Shown: piece after piece, positions 9,619 to 18,931 of the stretch | Layout of the letters: every line of letters begins with the position of its first letter | How positions within the stretch are numbered: the stretch's first letter is position 1 | DNA from: an uncultured Candidatus Rokubacteria bacterium | GTDB taxonomy: Bacteria > Methylomirabilota > Methylomirabilia > Rokubacteriales > CSP1-6 | Assembly: GCA_963762145.1 (NCBI GenBank) | Contig: CAVXJS010000002.1 | Span: 1 to 45,642 of the forward strand | DNA: 45,642 nt | Direction of reading: 5' to 3' | Translations under genes and position numbers: made by a program | The notes under the pieces: model-generated | What the model was told of the DNA's origin: nothing | Databases searched by the model: none | Seen by the model: the letters and a program-made list of their open reading frames with translations, nothing else

Positions 9619-11456
9619 TATTCGACCGTGACGCTCTTGGCGAGGTTGCGGGGCTGATCGACATTGCACTTCCGCACGAGGGCCATGTGATACGCGAGGA
9701 GCTGAAGAGCAACCACGCTCACGAGCGGAGACAGGAGCTCCGGCGCGGCGGGGGTGAGCAGGACGTGATCGGCTCGCCCTCCCACCTCGGTGTCGCCCTG
9801 GTGGCACACCGCCACGACCCGGCCGCCCCGCGCCTTGACCTCCTCCACGTTGCCGAGAATCCGATCGTACGAGCCGTCCCGTGGTGCGACGGCGAGGACG
9901 GGCACGCGGGAGTCGATCAGGGCGATCGGCCCATGCTTCATCTCCCCGCCCGCGTAACCCTCGGCGTGGATGTAGGACAGCTCCTTCAGCTTGAGCGCCC
10001 CCTCCAGGGCCACCGCGTGATTCACCCCCCGCCCGAGATACAGAAAGTGGTCGTACCCGGCCAGCGTCTCGGCCAGAGCGCCCACCTCGGGATTGAGCGA
10101 GATCGCGGTGGTGATCAGGTCCGGAATCGCGAGCAGATCCTCGATCCGCTTGCGGCTGTCCAGCGGCGAGAGGTGCCCGCGCTCCTGCCCGAGCGCGAGT
10201 CCGAGGAGGTAGCAGACGGTCACGGTCGAGGTGAACGTCTTGGTGGAGGCGACTCCGATCTCCGGCCCCGCGTGCGTGTAGAGCGTGGCCCGGGCCTCGC
10301 GGGACAGGGCGGAGCCGACCACGTTGGTGATCGCGACCACCGGGCTGCCCAGGGTCGCCGCCATCTTGGCCGCTCCGAGCGTATCGGCGGTCTCTCCGGA
10401 CTGCGAGATCGCCACCACGAGGGTGTCCGGCCCCAGTACCAGCTTTCGGTAGCGGAACTCCGAGCTGATGTCGACCTCGGTCGGAAGTCCCGCCAGCTCT
10501 TCGAGCATGAACCGCCCGGCGAGGCCCGCGTTGTACGAGGTGCCCGCGGCCACCAGCACGACCCGTCGAAGGGCGCCCATCTCGGCCACGGTCAGCCCGA
10601 GATCCGCCAACATCACCCGGTCCCCGTGCTCGGAGAGGCGGCCGCGAACCGTGGCCGCCACCGCCTCCGGCTGTTCGTGAATCTCCTTCAGCATGAAGTG
10701 CGGGAACCCGCCCTTCTGGGCGCTGGCCGCGTCCCAGGTGATGCGGGTCTTCTGCCGCTCCACCGATGCTCCCTCCACCGTGCTGAGGGCTACACCCCGG
10801 CCGTCCAGGACCGCGATATCGCCATCCTCCAGGATGATCACGTCGCGCGTATGAGGCAGGAGCGCCGGGATGTCGGACGCCACGAACGTGCCGGTCTGGC
10901 CAAGACCCAGGATGACGCTGCCCGCCCCGTGCTTGGCCACGATGAGCCGATCCGGCGCCGCGGTCGAGATCACCCCGAGCGCGTACGCTCCCCGCAGCTC
11001 TCGCAGCGTCGCCCGCACCGCCCCGGTCAGATCCCCGCACTGCGCGAGGTGTGTCTCGACGAGATGCGCGATGACCTCGGTGTCGGTCTCCGAACGAAAC
11101 GCGTGACCGGCGGCCAGGAGTCGCAGCTTGAGGGGCAGGTAGTTCTCGATGATCCCGTTGTGGACGACCGCCACATTCCCGGCACAATCGAGGTGGGGGT
11201 GTGAGTTGTGCTCGGAGGGAGCTCCGTGCGTTGCCCACCGGGTATGGCCAAGCCCCACCGCTCCTGGGCTCGGCTCCTCCTCCAGCAGTGCCGCGAGCTC
11301 CCCGATCTTGCCCGGCCGGCGGCGGATCTGGAGGCGAGAGCCGTCCAGGGTGACGATCCCCGCCGAGTCATACCCGCGATACTCGAGGCGCCGCAGACCA
11401 TCGAGGATGATCTCGCTCGCGCGTCCTTCGCCCACATATCCGACGATGCCGCACAT
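9618..11456 (-). CDS. glmS: Glutamine--fructose-6-phosphate aminotransferase (isomerising)
   Basis: MCGIVG, LEYRGYDSAG, GHTRWATHG, HNGIIEN, SQSGETADT, GPEIGVASTK, EGALKLKE, C-terminal DQPRNLAKSVTVE. Confidence 0.98.
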   Translation of the reverse strand: MCGIVGYVGEGRASEIILDGLRRLEYRGYDSAGIVTLDGSRLQIRRRPGKIGELAALLEEEPSPGAVGLGHTRWATHGAPSEHNSHPHLDCAGNVAVVHNGIIENYLPLKLRLLAAGHAFRSETDTEVIAHLVETHLAQCGDLTGAVRATLRELRGAYALGVISTAAPDRLIVAKHGAGSVILGLGQTGTFVASDIPALLPHTRDVIILEDGDIAVLDGRGVALSTVEGASVERQKTRITWDAASAQKGGFPHFMLKEIHEQPEAVAATVRGRLSEHGDRVMLADLGLTVAEMGALRRVVLVAAGTSYNAGLAGRFMLEELAGLPTEVDISSEFRYRKLVLGPDTLVVAISQSGETADTLGAAKMAATLGSPVVAITNVVGSALSREARATLYTHAGPEIGVASTKTFTSTVTVCYLLGLALGQERGHLSPLDSRKRIEDLLAIPDLITTAISLNPEVGALAETLAGYDHFLYLGRGVNHAVALEGALKLKELSYIHAEGYAGGEMKHGPIALIDSRVPVLAVAPRDGSYDRILGNVEEVKARGGRVVAVCHQGDTEVGGRADHVLLTPAAPELLSPLVSVVALQLLAYHMALVRKCNVDQPRNLAKSVTVE

Positions 11457-11474
11457 GTTCGTGATAGCTCCTTC

Positions 11475-12485
11475 CTAAGAAAGTGTCAGTCGATACCAGG
11501 CGAGCTTGACCGCAAAGGTCGGCAGATGCTCTTCCCAGGGCTGTCCGCGCCGGAGCTCCCAGGGGGACGTCCGGGCGGTGTTGACGCCGAAACGAGTTGT
11601 CATCGCGCACGTGAAGCCAGCCTCCCGCACGAGATCCACGACCGCCGGCGTGTAGTCGGCTGCGCCCCCGTTGGGATATGCGAAGGCCCGCGCGGTCACG
11701 CCGCACGCGGCCCGGATGGCCTTCTGGGAGTCGACGATCTCCGCCCGAGCCCGCTCCAGCGAGAGGCGTGACAGGATCGGGTGGCTGACCGTGTGGGCGC
11801 CGATCCGGAAGCCGAGCCCGCGAAGCGCGTGAACGTCGTCCCAGCTCAGCATGGCGTTCTTGGCGGACGGACGATCCGTCCCTCCCAGGCGATCGAGAAG
11901 GGCCTCCAGCTCCTCCCGGAACGCGATCTCCGGGCGGCCCTTGAAGTACGCCTGGCTCCGGCCCAGGGCCGACACCCGCGCCTCCTCCGACTCCAGCGGC
12001 AGATCCTCGCCGGACGGCAGGGTCACGTGGCTGCGGGTCGAGACCTGGAGCGCGGTCGCGAGGCGGTCGTACCACGGCACCTCGCCGGTGCCGATGAAGC
12101 CGGTAGCCAGAAAGACGGTCGCGGGCAGGTGGTGGCGCGCGAGAATGGGCGCGGCGTGGGTCAGGTTGTCCCGGTATCCATCATCGAACGTGATGGCGAC
12201 CGCGTTGCGCGGAACGCTCCCCGCCGCCATCCGACCCACCAGGTCCTCCACCGGAAGGACCACGTAGTGCCGCGCGATGTACTGCATCTGCCGCTCGAAC
12301 ACCTCCGTCGGGAGGGCGGGGAAGAACGGATCCCGGTTGTCGTTGACCCGGTGATACGTGAAGACCGAGAACGCCGGCTCCCGGCGCAGATAGCCCGCGA
12401 CGCCCGAGGCAGCCCCGGTGAGACCCGTGCGGTGGAGCGCCGTCGCGACGCCGCGAACCAGCGCTTCACTCGCGGATCCGCTCAC
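11475..12485 (-). CDS. Polysaccharide deacetylase (CE4/NodB)
   Basis: GTG overlapping the upstream TGA; TYHRV, AITFDDGYRD, ATVFL, GAHTVSHP, FAYPNG. Confidence 0.9.
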   Translation of the reverse strand: MSGSASEALVRGVATALHRTGLTGAASGVAGYLRREPAFSVFTYHRVNDNRDPFFPALPTEVFERQMQYIARHYVVLPVEDLVGRMAAGSVPRNAVAITFDDGYRDNLTHAAPILARHHLPATVFLATGFIGTGEVPWYDRLATALQVSTRSHVTLPSGEDLPLESEEARVSALGRSQAYFKGRPEIAFREELEALLDRLGGTDRPSAKNAMLSWDDVHALRGLGFRIGAHTVSHPILSRLSLERARAEIVDSQKAIRAACGVTARAFAYPNGGAADYTPAVVDLVREAGFTCAMTTRFGVNTARTSPWELRRGQPWEEHLPTFAVKLAWYRLTLS

Positions 12486-14329
12486 GCTACGACCTCCGCC
12501 CCGAGGTGCCGTCGATGCCACAGCTCCAGCATGAGGACGCTCCAGACGATGTCCCCGTAGAACGCGGTGGTGTCCGCCGCGTGGAGGCGGAGAAGATCCT
12601 CGAGCGCTCCGGGCCGAAAGTAGGACTGGACGTGCGCGCTCGGCCCCAGCAGGGCATCGTGAGCCAGATCCGAAAAGCCGGAGTGCGTACGGAGCCAGAG
12701 GCTCGTCGGCACCCCGAAGCCGTGCTTCCGCTTGGCCAGGATCTCCGGGGGGAGCAGCTCGCCAAACGCCTGCTTGAACAGTAGCCGCTTCTCGCCCGCG
12801 TGCACCTTGAACCGCGCCGGCCAGGTGGCGCTGTACTCGAGGAGGGGAAGGTCGAGGAAGGGGAAGCGGACCCCCATTCCGGCTGCTTCCGCGGTACGGG
12901 TGACCTTGAGCAGATCGTTGTCGCCGATCGTCAGCTTCATGTCCAAATACATCAGTCGGTTGAGCTCGGAGCCCGCGGTGACCCGATCGAAGTGCTCGTC
13001 CAGAACCTTCCACGGGGCCTCTACATCCAGCACCGCCAGGAAGTCCTTGCTCAGAAGCTCGCGGCCATCCTGCGCAAAGAAGAACTCGTACGAGTAGAAC
13101 CGGCGCGGGTTCGGCAGACTGGCCCGGCGAACGTAGCGCTGGGCTCGGCCGACGACAGTTGCGCCGCCGTCGGGAAGAGTCGACAGGATCGGCTCGAGAA
13201 GCGCGCGGCGCAGGAGCCCGGGAATCTGCTGATAGCGTCCGAACACCGCGTCCACCGTGTAGCGCTCATTCCCTCCGAAGATCTCGTCGCCCCCGTCGCC
13301 GGCGAGCAGGCGAGTGATGCCATACTCCCGAGCCATCTGAGCGCACAGGAACGTTCCAATGCTCGAGTTGTTTCCGAAGGGCTCGTCATAGGCCTCGACG
13401 AGTCGCGGAAGAGCCTCGAGAGCCTCGTGAGGCGAGACCCGGCGGACGTGGTGATGCGCCTTGAAGTGGCGCGCCGCCCGCTCCGCATACTCGAGCTCGT
13501 CATAACGACGCTCGTGGAAGCCTATGGAAAAGGCATGAACCTTCTCCTGGGTGATCCGGGCCATGAGTCCAACGATCGTGCTGCTGTCGGTGCCCCCCGA
13601 GAGGAAGGCCCCGGTGTGCCTTGCCCCCCCGCTTCCGAGGGCGCGCCCCACCGCGGCCTCCGCGTGGCGCATCGTGGCGCGGGCGGCGGCATCCCGTTGC
13701 ATCGGCTCCTCGGAATACGTCATGTCCCAGTAGCGGCGGATGGCCACCTCGCCATGGCGCGTGGTCACCAGGGAGCCCGGTTCGACCCGCCGGATGTCCG
13801 GGGTGATCGAGATCGCGGCCGGGATATAGCCGAAATTGAGGTAGCAGTAGACCGCGGTCGGGTCCGGCGCGGACTTCGAGTCCGCGAGATTCCGCAGCGG
13901 GCCCGGGCGAGACGCGAAGGCGATCCCTTGCTGGGTGATCGTGTAGTAGAGGCGCCGCATCCCGATCTGGTCCACCGCGAGGAGAAGCCGCGCCGAGCGC
14001 GCTTCCCAGATCGCGACCGCGAAGGCCCCGCGCAGCCGCTGGATCCCGCCGATCTGTTCCCGCGCGTAGAGGGCCGCGATCACCTCCTGCGGCTCGCGGG
14101 CGCCGGTCAGCGCCGCCAGCTCATCGAAGTTGACCAGATCCAGATCCGCGGCAACCACCAGACCGTCTCCCGTCCAGGGGCTCTCCTCGCCGGTGAGCGC
14201 GGCCGTGAAGGGGCCCGCCGAGGCCACCCGAGCGGGAGAGGCGCCGTTCGACGCGAGCATCCCTTCCAGCTGGCGAGGATCGGCGGGCCGCCCCGGGTCG
14301 TGGTAGACGAAACCGCCGAGAAGCTTCAT
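12482..14329 (-). CDS. Asparagine synthase-related amide ligase lacking the N-terminal catalytic Cys (copy 1)
   Basis: Intact 615-aa ORF with LRGAFAVAIW, FLSGGTDSS, GDGGDEIFGG, DLLKV, RFPFLD and KHGFGVP, but it begins MKLLGG rather than MCG. Confidence 0.88.
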   Translation of the reverse strand: MKLLGGFVYHDPGRPADPRQLEGMLASNGASPARVASAGPFTAALTGEESPWTGDGLVVAADLDLVNFDELAALTGAREPQEVIAALYAREQIGGIQRLRGAFAVAIWEARSARLLLAVDQIGMRRLYYTITQQGIAFASRPGPLRNLADSKSAPDPTAVYCYLNFGYIPAAISITPDIRRVEPGSLVTTRHGEVAIRRYWDMTYSEEPMQRDAAARATMRHAEAAVGRALGSGGARHTGAFLSGGTDSSTIVGLMARITQEKVHAFSIGFHERRYDELEYAERAARHFKAHHHVRRVSPHEALEALPRLVEAYDEPFGNNSSIGTFLCAQMAREYGITRLLAGDGGDEIFGGNERYTVDAVFGRYQQIPGLLRRALLEPILSTLPDGGATVVGRAQRYVRRASLPNPRRFYSYEFFFAQDGRELLSKDFLAVLDVEAPWKVLDEHFDRVTAGSELNRLMYLDMKLTIGDNDLLKVTRTAEAAGMGVRFPFLDLPLLEYSATWPARFKVHAGEKRLLFKQAFGELLPPEILAKRKHGFGVPTSLWLRTHSGFSDLAHDALLGPSAHVQSYFRPGALEDLLRLHAADTTAFYGDIVWSVLMLELWHRRHLGAEVVA

Positions 14330-15423
14330 CGCAGTCGATCCCGCACGCGGCGCAGGGCGGGAGCCAGTACCGTCTCGCCGAAGTGCAACAAGGTCGGGTA
14401 GAGCCCGTCACGGTACGCGTGGAGCCGCACCGTCTCGTGGCTGCCGGAGGCCCAGCGCATCTTGTACTCGTTGAGACCGGGGCCCATCTGATACTCGCGC
14501 ACCTCACCGCGCTCGAACAGCGAGCGCGCAATCTCGAAATTGAGCGCACTCCCGGGGGACGAGGCCGCGTACTCGAGATCGAAATCGGCCCGGAGCGCGT
14601 ACACGACGCCCTTGTCCCGGAGCTGATACTCCATCGCGATCGCGCGGCCCTCGAGCCGCAGAAGCCACAACGACAGCCACCCGCGTTCCGTGGCCCGGCG
14701 GCTGAGCTCGGCAAAGAACTCCCTCATCCGGGGCATGGTGGCGATCGCCACCCCTTCCTCGGCCTTCCAGCTCCGTCGGGTGAGATCGATCATCTCTTCG
14801 AACACCGGACCGGCCGGATCCAGCGAGCGATGCTCCTCGAACGCGACCGTGCCGAGCCGCGCGAGGCGATTCTGAATATTCCGGATGGTCTTCTTGAAGC
14901 GCTGGCTTCGAGAGGCGTAGAACGCCTGCCACGTCCCCTCGATCGCCATGTACGGAGACATCTCCGCCCCCGCGCGGCGCTGGTGCAGCCGACCCTCACA
15001 CTCGCCCTCGAAGGCCTTGAGCGTCGGCGAATCCGAGGGGAGCCGCCCGAGCTCGAGAATGTCCCAGTCGGAGCGGGCCGCCAGGTGCGCCAGCACCGCC
15101 CCGGCCACCGGCTCTCCGGCACCGGAAGGGATGATGTCGGCGAACGGCGAATCCGGGCAGTCGAGGAGCGAGAGATACTTGGCCCGCAGCCCTCGGGAGG
15201 TGCTCGTCCGGTGGCGGAGGGGGACCAGGGCCACGGGGGCCACCGAGTCCGACACCAAGAGCAACTCCACGCTCTCATCGTCGGCGGCGACCCGGCAGCA
15301 CTCGAACCAGTCTTGACTCATGAAGGGCGTGGGATGAATCGCCTGCTCGGCCAGCTCCGACCAGACTCCGCTGATCGATCGGAGCTCGGCGGAGGTGGCG
15401 AGCCGTCGGACCTGGAGGCTCAT
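14326..15423 (-). CDS. GNAT-fold protein (CelD/BcsL, Acetyltransf_6-like)
   Basis: ATG at 15423 (ATGA overlap); PTPFMSQDW, SQRFKKTIR, SPGSAL, YQMGPGLNEYKMRW. Confidence 0.82.
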   Translation of the reverse strand: MSLQVRRLATSAELRSISGVWSELAEQAIHPTPFMSQDWFECCRVAADDESVELLLVSDSVAPVALVPLRHRTSTSRGLRAKYLSLLDCPDSPFADIIPSGAGEPVAGAVLAHLAARSDWDILELGRLPSDSPTLKAFEGECEGRLHQRRAGAEMSPYMAIEGTWQAFYASRSQRFKKTIRNIQNRLARLGTVAFEEHRSLDPAGPVFEEMIDLTRRSWKAEEGVAIATMPRMREFFAELSRRATERGWLSLWLLRLEGRAIAMEYQLRDKGVVYALRADFDLEYAASSPGSALNFEIARSLFERGEVREYQMGPGLNEYKMRWASGSHETVRLHAYRDGLYPTLLHFGETVLAPALRRVRDRLR

Positions 15424-16673
15424 GCCTGGGCCCTGGGCGCTCGGCCAGCCGCGACGTGCGCGTTGGCGTGGACGCCCTCCGCAGGCGGGACAGGGCGGCC
15501 GGCCGCCGCGGCGAGCAGAGGCTCCAGCCGATCGACGTTGCGCTCCCAGACGTAGTTGGCCTCCACGCACGCGCGACCCTGCTGTCCGAGCCGTCGGCGC
15601 TCGGTCGGGCTCTTGAGCAGGCGCACTACGTGGGCGGCGAAGAGAGCCGGATCGTCGGCGATCGCCAGATCGCGCCCCGCCTCGGCCTGGATCCCACGGG
15701 CCGCGAGACTGCTCGCCACCACCGGAAGGCTCATGGCCATGCCCTGGAGCACTTTGTTCTGCACCCCTCGGCCGATCCGCATCGGCGCGACGCACACCCC
15801 GGCGCGCGCATAGTATGGCCGTACGTCCGGCACCGCGCCCGTGACCGTTACTCCCGGAATCTCCCGGAGCCGGATGACATCCGGGGACGGATTGAGGCCC
15901 ACGATGTAGAAGGCGGTCTCCGGCACCTCCCGCCGCACGAGCGGCAGGATGTCCGCGCAGAAGTGCCGGACCGCGTCCGCGTTCGGCAGGTAGTCCATCG
16001 CACCCGTGAAGATGACCGCGGGCTGGCTCGGACCGCTCGCGGACGGAGCGTAGTACTTCGAATCGATCCCGTTCGGCATGACCGCGGTCCGTGCCCAGGG
16101 AGCGAACGACCGCAGCAACGCCTCCTCGACCGGGGTTGCGAGCAGACAGACACTCGCCCACCTTGCGATCTCGGCCTCCGAGGCCTCGAGCCGCCTCGCC
16201 TCGGTTCGGTAGAGCCAGCTGAGGGGTGGACGACTGTGGTCCGCGTACTGCCGCCACTTGTCGGAGTCCACGTCAACGAAGTCCATCACGAGGGGAATGC
16301 CCAGCCCCCGAGCGTACTCGGCCATCGGCCCGGAGAAGGCGTAGATCAGATCATACGGCTGCTCGCGACTGCGGCGGGTGAGCTGGCTTCGCAGGCCCCG
16401 GGAGTGAAAGTACGCCATCGATAGCGCTCCCCCGGTGGCTAGCGCGCCCAACCCCCTCACCAGCCCCCAAGGCTTCCAGACGCGGCGATACTCCAGATCG
16501 GGCGCCAGCTCCCGGAGAGCCGCGACGCCTTCCTGGTCGGCCGCGTCGTCGATCAGAAACCCGAGCGTCACCTCGTGGCGCGCTTGCAGAAGGCGCAGCA
16601 CGTGGTACGCCCGCGTCTTGTCCCCGGTGTGCGGGGGATACGGGATCCGATGCGCGAGCATGAGAATCCGCAT
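15420..16673 (-). CDS. GT4 glycosyltransferase, TIGR03087-like (XrtA/PEP-CTERM EPS type)
   Basis: HRIPYPPHTGDK, DFVDVDSDKWRQYA, PNGID, FTGAMDYLPN, TGAVPDVRPY, APMRIGRGVQNKVL. Confidence 0.9.
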   Translation of the reverse strand: MRILMLAHRIPYPPHTGDKTRAYHVLRLLQARHEVTLGFLIDDAADQEGVAALRELAPDLEYRRVWKPWGLVRGLGALATGGALSMAYFHSRGLRSQLTRRSREQPYDLIYAFSGPMAEYARGLGIPLVMDFVDVDSDKWRQYADHSRPPLSWLYRTEARRLEASEAEIARWASVCLLATPVEEALLRSFAPWARTAVMPNGIDSKYYAPSASGPSQPAVIFTGAMDYLPNADAVRHFCADILPLVRREVPETAFYIVGLNPSPDVIRLREIPGVTVTGAVPDVRPYYARAGVCVAPMRIGRGVQNKVLQGMAMSLPVVASSLAARGIQAEAGRDLAIADDPALFAAHVVRLLKSPTERRRLGQQGRACVEANYVWERNVDRLEPLLAAAAGRPVPPAEGVHANAHVAAGRAPRAQA

Positions 16674-16676
16674 TCC

Positions 16677-17909
16677 TCATCCTCCGAGCGTCGCCGGCAT
16701 CGGCGTCGGGCTCGTACCGTTCTCCTGGCGGGAGCGGTCGGTCGCCACGGCGGAGAGCACCGTCTCGAAACGCGCTGCAGAAGCCTCCCACGAGAAGTTC
16801 GCCTGGATGAACCGCCGCGCCTGCGACCCCATCTCCTCCCGGAGGCGGCGGTTTCCGAGTAGCTCCAGCACACTGGCCACCAGGTCGTCGGGAGCGTCAG
16901 CCACCCGGAGGTCCACGCCGGGCTGAGCTCCGATGCGAGCGCACGCCTGCGCGCCGGTGACGACCGGGACTCCCGCCGCCATGGGCTCGAGCACCGCGCT
17001 CCGCATGTCGCTTCCGCCCATGACGGGCGCTACCACCACCGTTTGGCTGTGGAAGAGCAACCGGCCGCCGCCGTTCCCGGGCGAAGCCACCTCGACCCCG
17101 GACGGCCACGCCGAGACCGGCTCGTTCGATGTCACCACCAGGCGGACCTGCGGGACTCTGGCGCGAAGGGCGGGCAGGATGGCACGGCAATACGACAGCG
17201 TCTCGTCGACGCCGCCGGCTCCCCTCGGCGGCGCGTGCAGGACCACGGTGGGAACCTTCCCCGCACGCGACATCGCCTCGGGTCCTTCGGTCGGCATTCC
17301 GTCCGGAATCATCGCCACGGCCAAACCGGGCGCAAAGGATCGGACGATATCACTCGCCTCGGGACTGTCCACGACGCAGCGGGTGGCGCGGGTGGCTATC
17401 GCGGTCTCGGCGAGACGGAGCCGCGAGGCCTCCGTCCGGAAGAATCTCGAGGCTCCGAAGGTCCCCGCCGCGGCCTGCCGCCGCCACCATTCCGAATCGA
17501 CACCGGCGAAGTCCATCACCATCGGGATGCTGGGGTCGATCTCGAGAGCGTACTGGATCATGGTGGATGACGACACGAGGACGACGTCGTAGCGGCCGCG
17601 CTTCAGGCGATCAGCCAGTCGAGTCCGGAGGGCCTCCGACCGGAAGTACGAAAGCGTGCAGGACTCTCCCGTGGCGAGGCGTAGCGCGCTGGAGAGCGAC
17701 TTCCAGGCGCGCGGGACGACCGCGAACTCCAGATCCCCGAAGTCGGTCCTGAGCGCGGAGATCGCCCCCGCCGCATCCGGGTTGTCGGTGATGAAGGCGA
17801 GCGTGACACGGTGTGTTCGCGACAGGTGCCGGGCGAAGTGGTACTCCCGCGTGCCCCGGACCGGGCGGCGAGGAGGCGGCACGCAGCGTCCGAGCATCAG
17901 AACATTCAT
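16677..17909 (-). CDS. Divergent TIGR03087-like GT4 paralog, possibly catalytically inactive
   Basis: Colinear similarity to the adjacent GT along its length (DFAGVDSEWW, RTEASRL, VLEPMAAGVPVV, NFSWE) with the signature motifs altered. Confidence 0.8.
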   Translation of the reverse strand: MNVLMLGRCVPPPRRPVRGTREYHFARHLSRTHRVTLAFITDNPDAAGAISALRTDFGDLEFAVVPRAWKSLSSALRLATGESCTLSYFRSEALRTRLADRLKRGRYDVVLVSSSTMIQYALEIDPSIPMVMDFAGVDSEWWRRQAAAGTFGASRFFRTEASRLRLAETAIATRATRCVVDSPEASDIVRSFAPGLAVAMIPDGMPTEGPEAMSRAGKVPTVVLHAPPRGAGGVDETLSYCRAILPALRARVPQVRLVVTSNEPVSAWPSGVEVASPGNGGGRLLFHSQTVVVAPVMGGSDMRSAVLEPMAAGVPVVTGAQACARIGAQPGVDLRVADAPDDLVASVLELLGNRRLREEMGSQARRFIQANFSWEASAARFETVLSAVATDRSRQENGTSPTPMPATLGG

Positions 17910-18931
17910 GAGAGGTACCTGGTCAGGGGTGGGCCGATGACCTTGGTGACCGGCAGAGGCAGCCGCTTCCAGGCTCGCACCGCGAGGCGCATCTTGGGGT
18001 TCGAGGGGCTGAGGTTGGGCATCTGGGCGCCGTCAGACAGGATGTACTGGTACGGGAGCGGTGTCGGTTCTAGCCCCCAGTGCCGCTTGAAGTGATACGC
18101 GCCGGTTCCCTCGCGACTCCGGCCGAAATCAAAGGTGCGATAGCCGACCTTGGCCGCGTGACAGAGCAGCTCCCAGTACATGAAGTCGTTGACCGCGTAG
18201 GGCAGGGCTTCACGAAGCGCGCCGCCGTAGTAGGGAAGCACCTGATCTTCGTAGAAGAGGCTCAGGACACCCGCGACCATTCGGTCTTCCTTCCAGATCG
18301 TCAGCAGCTCGCAATCCTTCCCGAATTCGTCCGCGATCGCACGGAAGAGCCGTCGCGGGAACACCGGCGAGCCGAGGGCGTGCACGCTGTGGGCATAAAC
18401 TCCCCAGAACGCATCGAGATGCTGCGTTCCGAGCTCGGCGCGGAGACCGTGCTTCAGGCCCTGGCGTGTCATCCGGCGCTGCTTGCGCGGGATCGCGTTC
18501 AGGTTCTCTTCCTCCACCCTCGAGATGGGCCGGGAGAAGGTGACGTACAGGGACTTGGTCGGCAGCGTGAGCTCTTGACCTGCGCGGTGTCGCAGCTCCA
18601 CGTATGCCGCGCCGCGTCGCTTGGCCAGAGTCCGGGCCGCGTCCACCAGAGTCGTACGCGCCTCCTCCGAGGTGGCGCAGATCCCGCCGTAGACCCCGTA
18701 GGGCACGGATACGAGGCCCCGACCACCCAGCAATCCGCGGGTCTCGAAGAGGGGAAGGACGCCTTCCAGCGTCGATCCTCGGACCGCCATCAGGTAGTGC
18801 GAGCGATGCCCGAAGGTGGCCTCCACCGCTCGCTTCCAGGCCATCAGGTGGAACGGGCTGCCCTGGGGCGTGCTCCGCACGAAGGCGTCCCATTCCATTG
18901 TCTCGGTGGTCAGCGGCTGCACCTCTAACAT
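17906..18931 (-). CDS. FemAB-family protein, XrtA/PEP-CTERM system-associated (TIGR03019-like)
   Basis: WDAFV, FHLMAWK, GVLPL, LVSVPYGVYGG, YVELR, IPRKQRR, LGSPVFP, VLPYYGG, YWELL, FDFGRS, FKRHWG, NPK. Confidence 0.9.
   Translation of the reverse strand: MLEVQPLTTETMEWDAFVRSTPQGSPFHLMAWKRAVEATFGHRSHYLMAVRGSTLEGVLPLFETRGLLGGRGLVSVPYGVYGGICATSEEARTTLVDAARTLAKRRGAAYVELRHRAGQELTLPTKSLYVTFSRPISRVEEENLNAIPRKQRRMTRQGLKHGLRAELGTQHLDAFWGVYAHSVHALGSPVFPRRLFRAIADEFGKDCELLTIWKEDRMVAGVLSLFYEDQVLPYYGGALREALPYAVNDFMYWELLCHAAKVGYRTFDFGRSREGTGAYHFKRHWGLEPTPLPYQYILSDGAQMPNLSPSNPKMRLAVRAWKRLPLPVTKVIGPPLTRYLS

Noticed and set aside
11457-11500. glmS ribozyme upstream of glmS
   Set aside because: Only 18 nt separate glmS from the upstream gene, leaving no room for the structured RNA.
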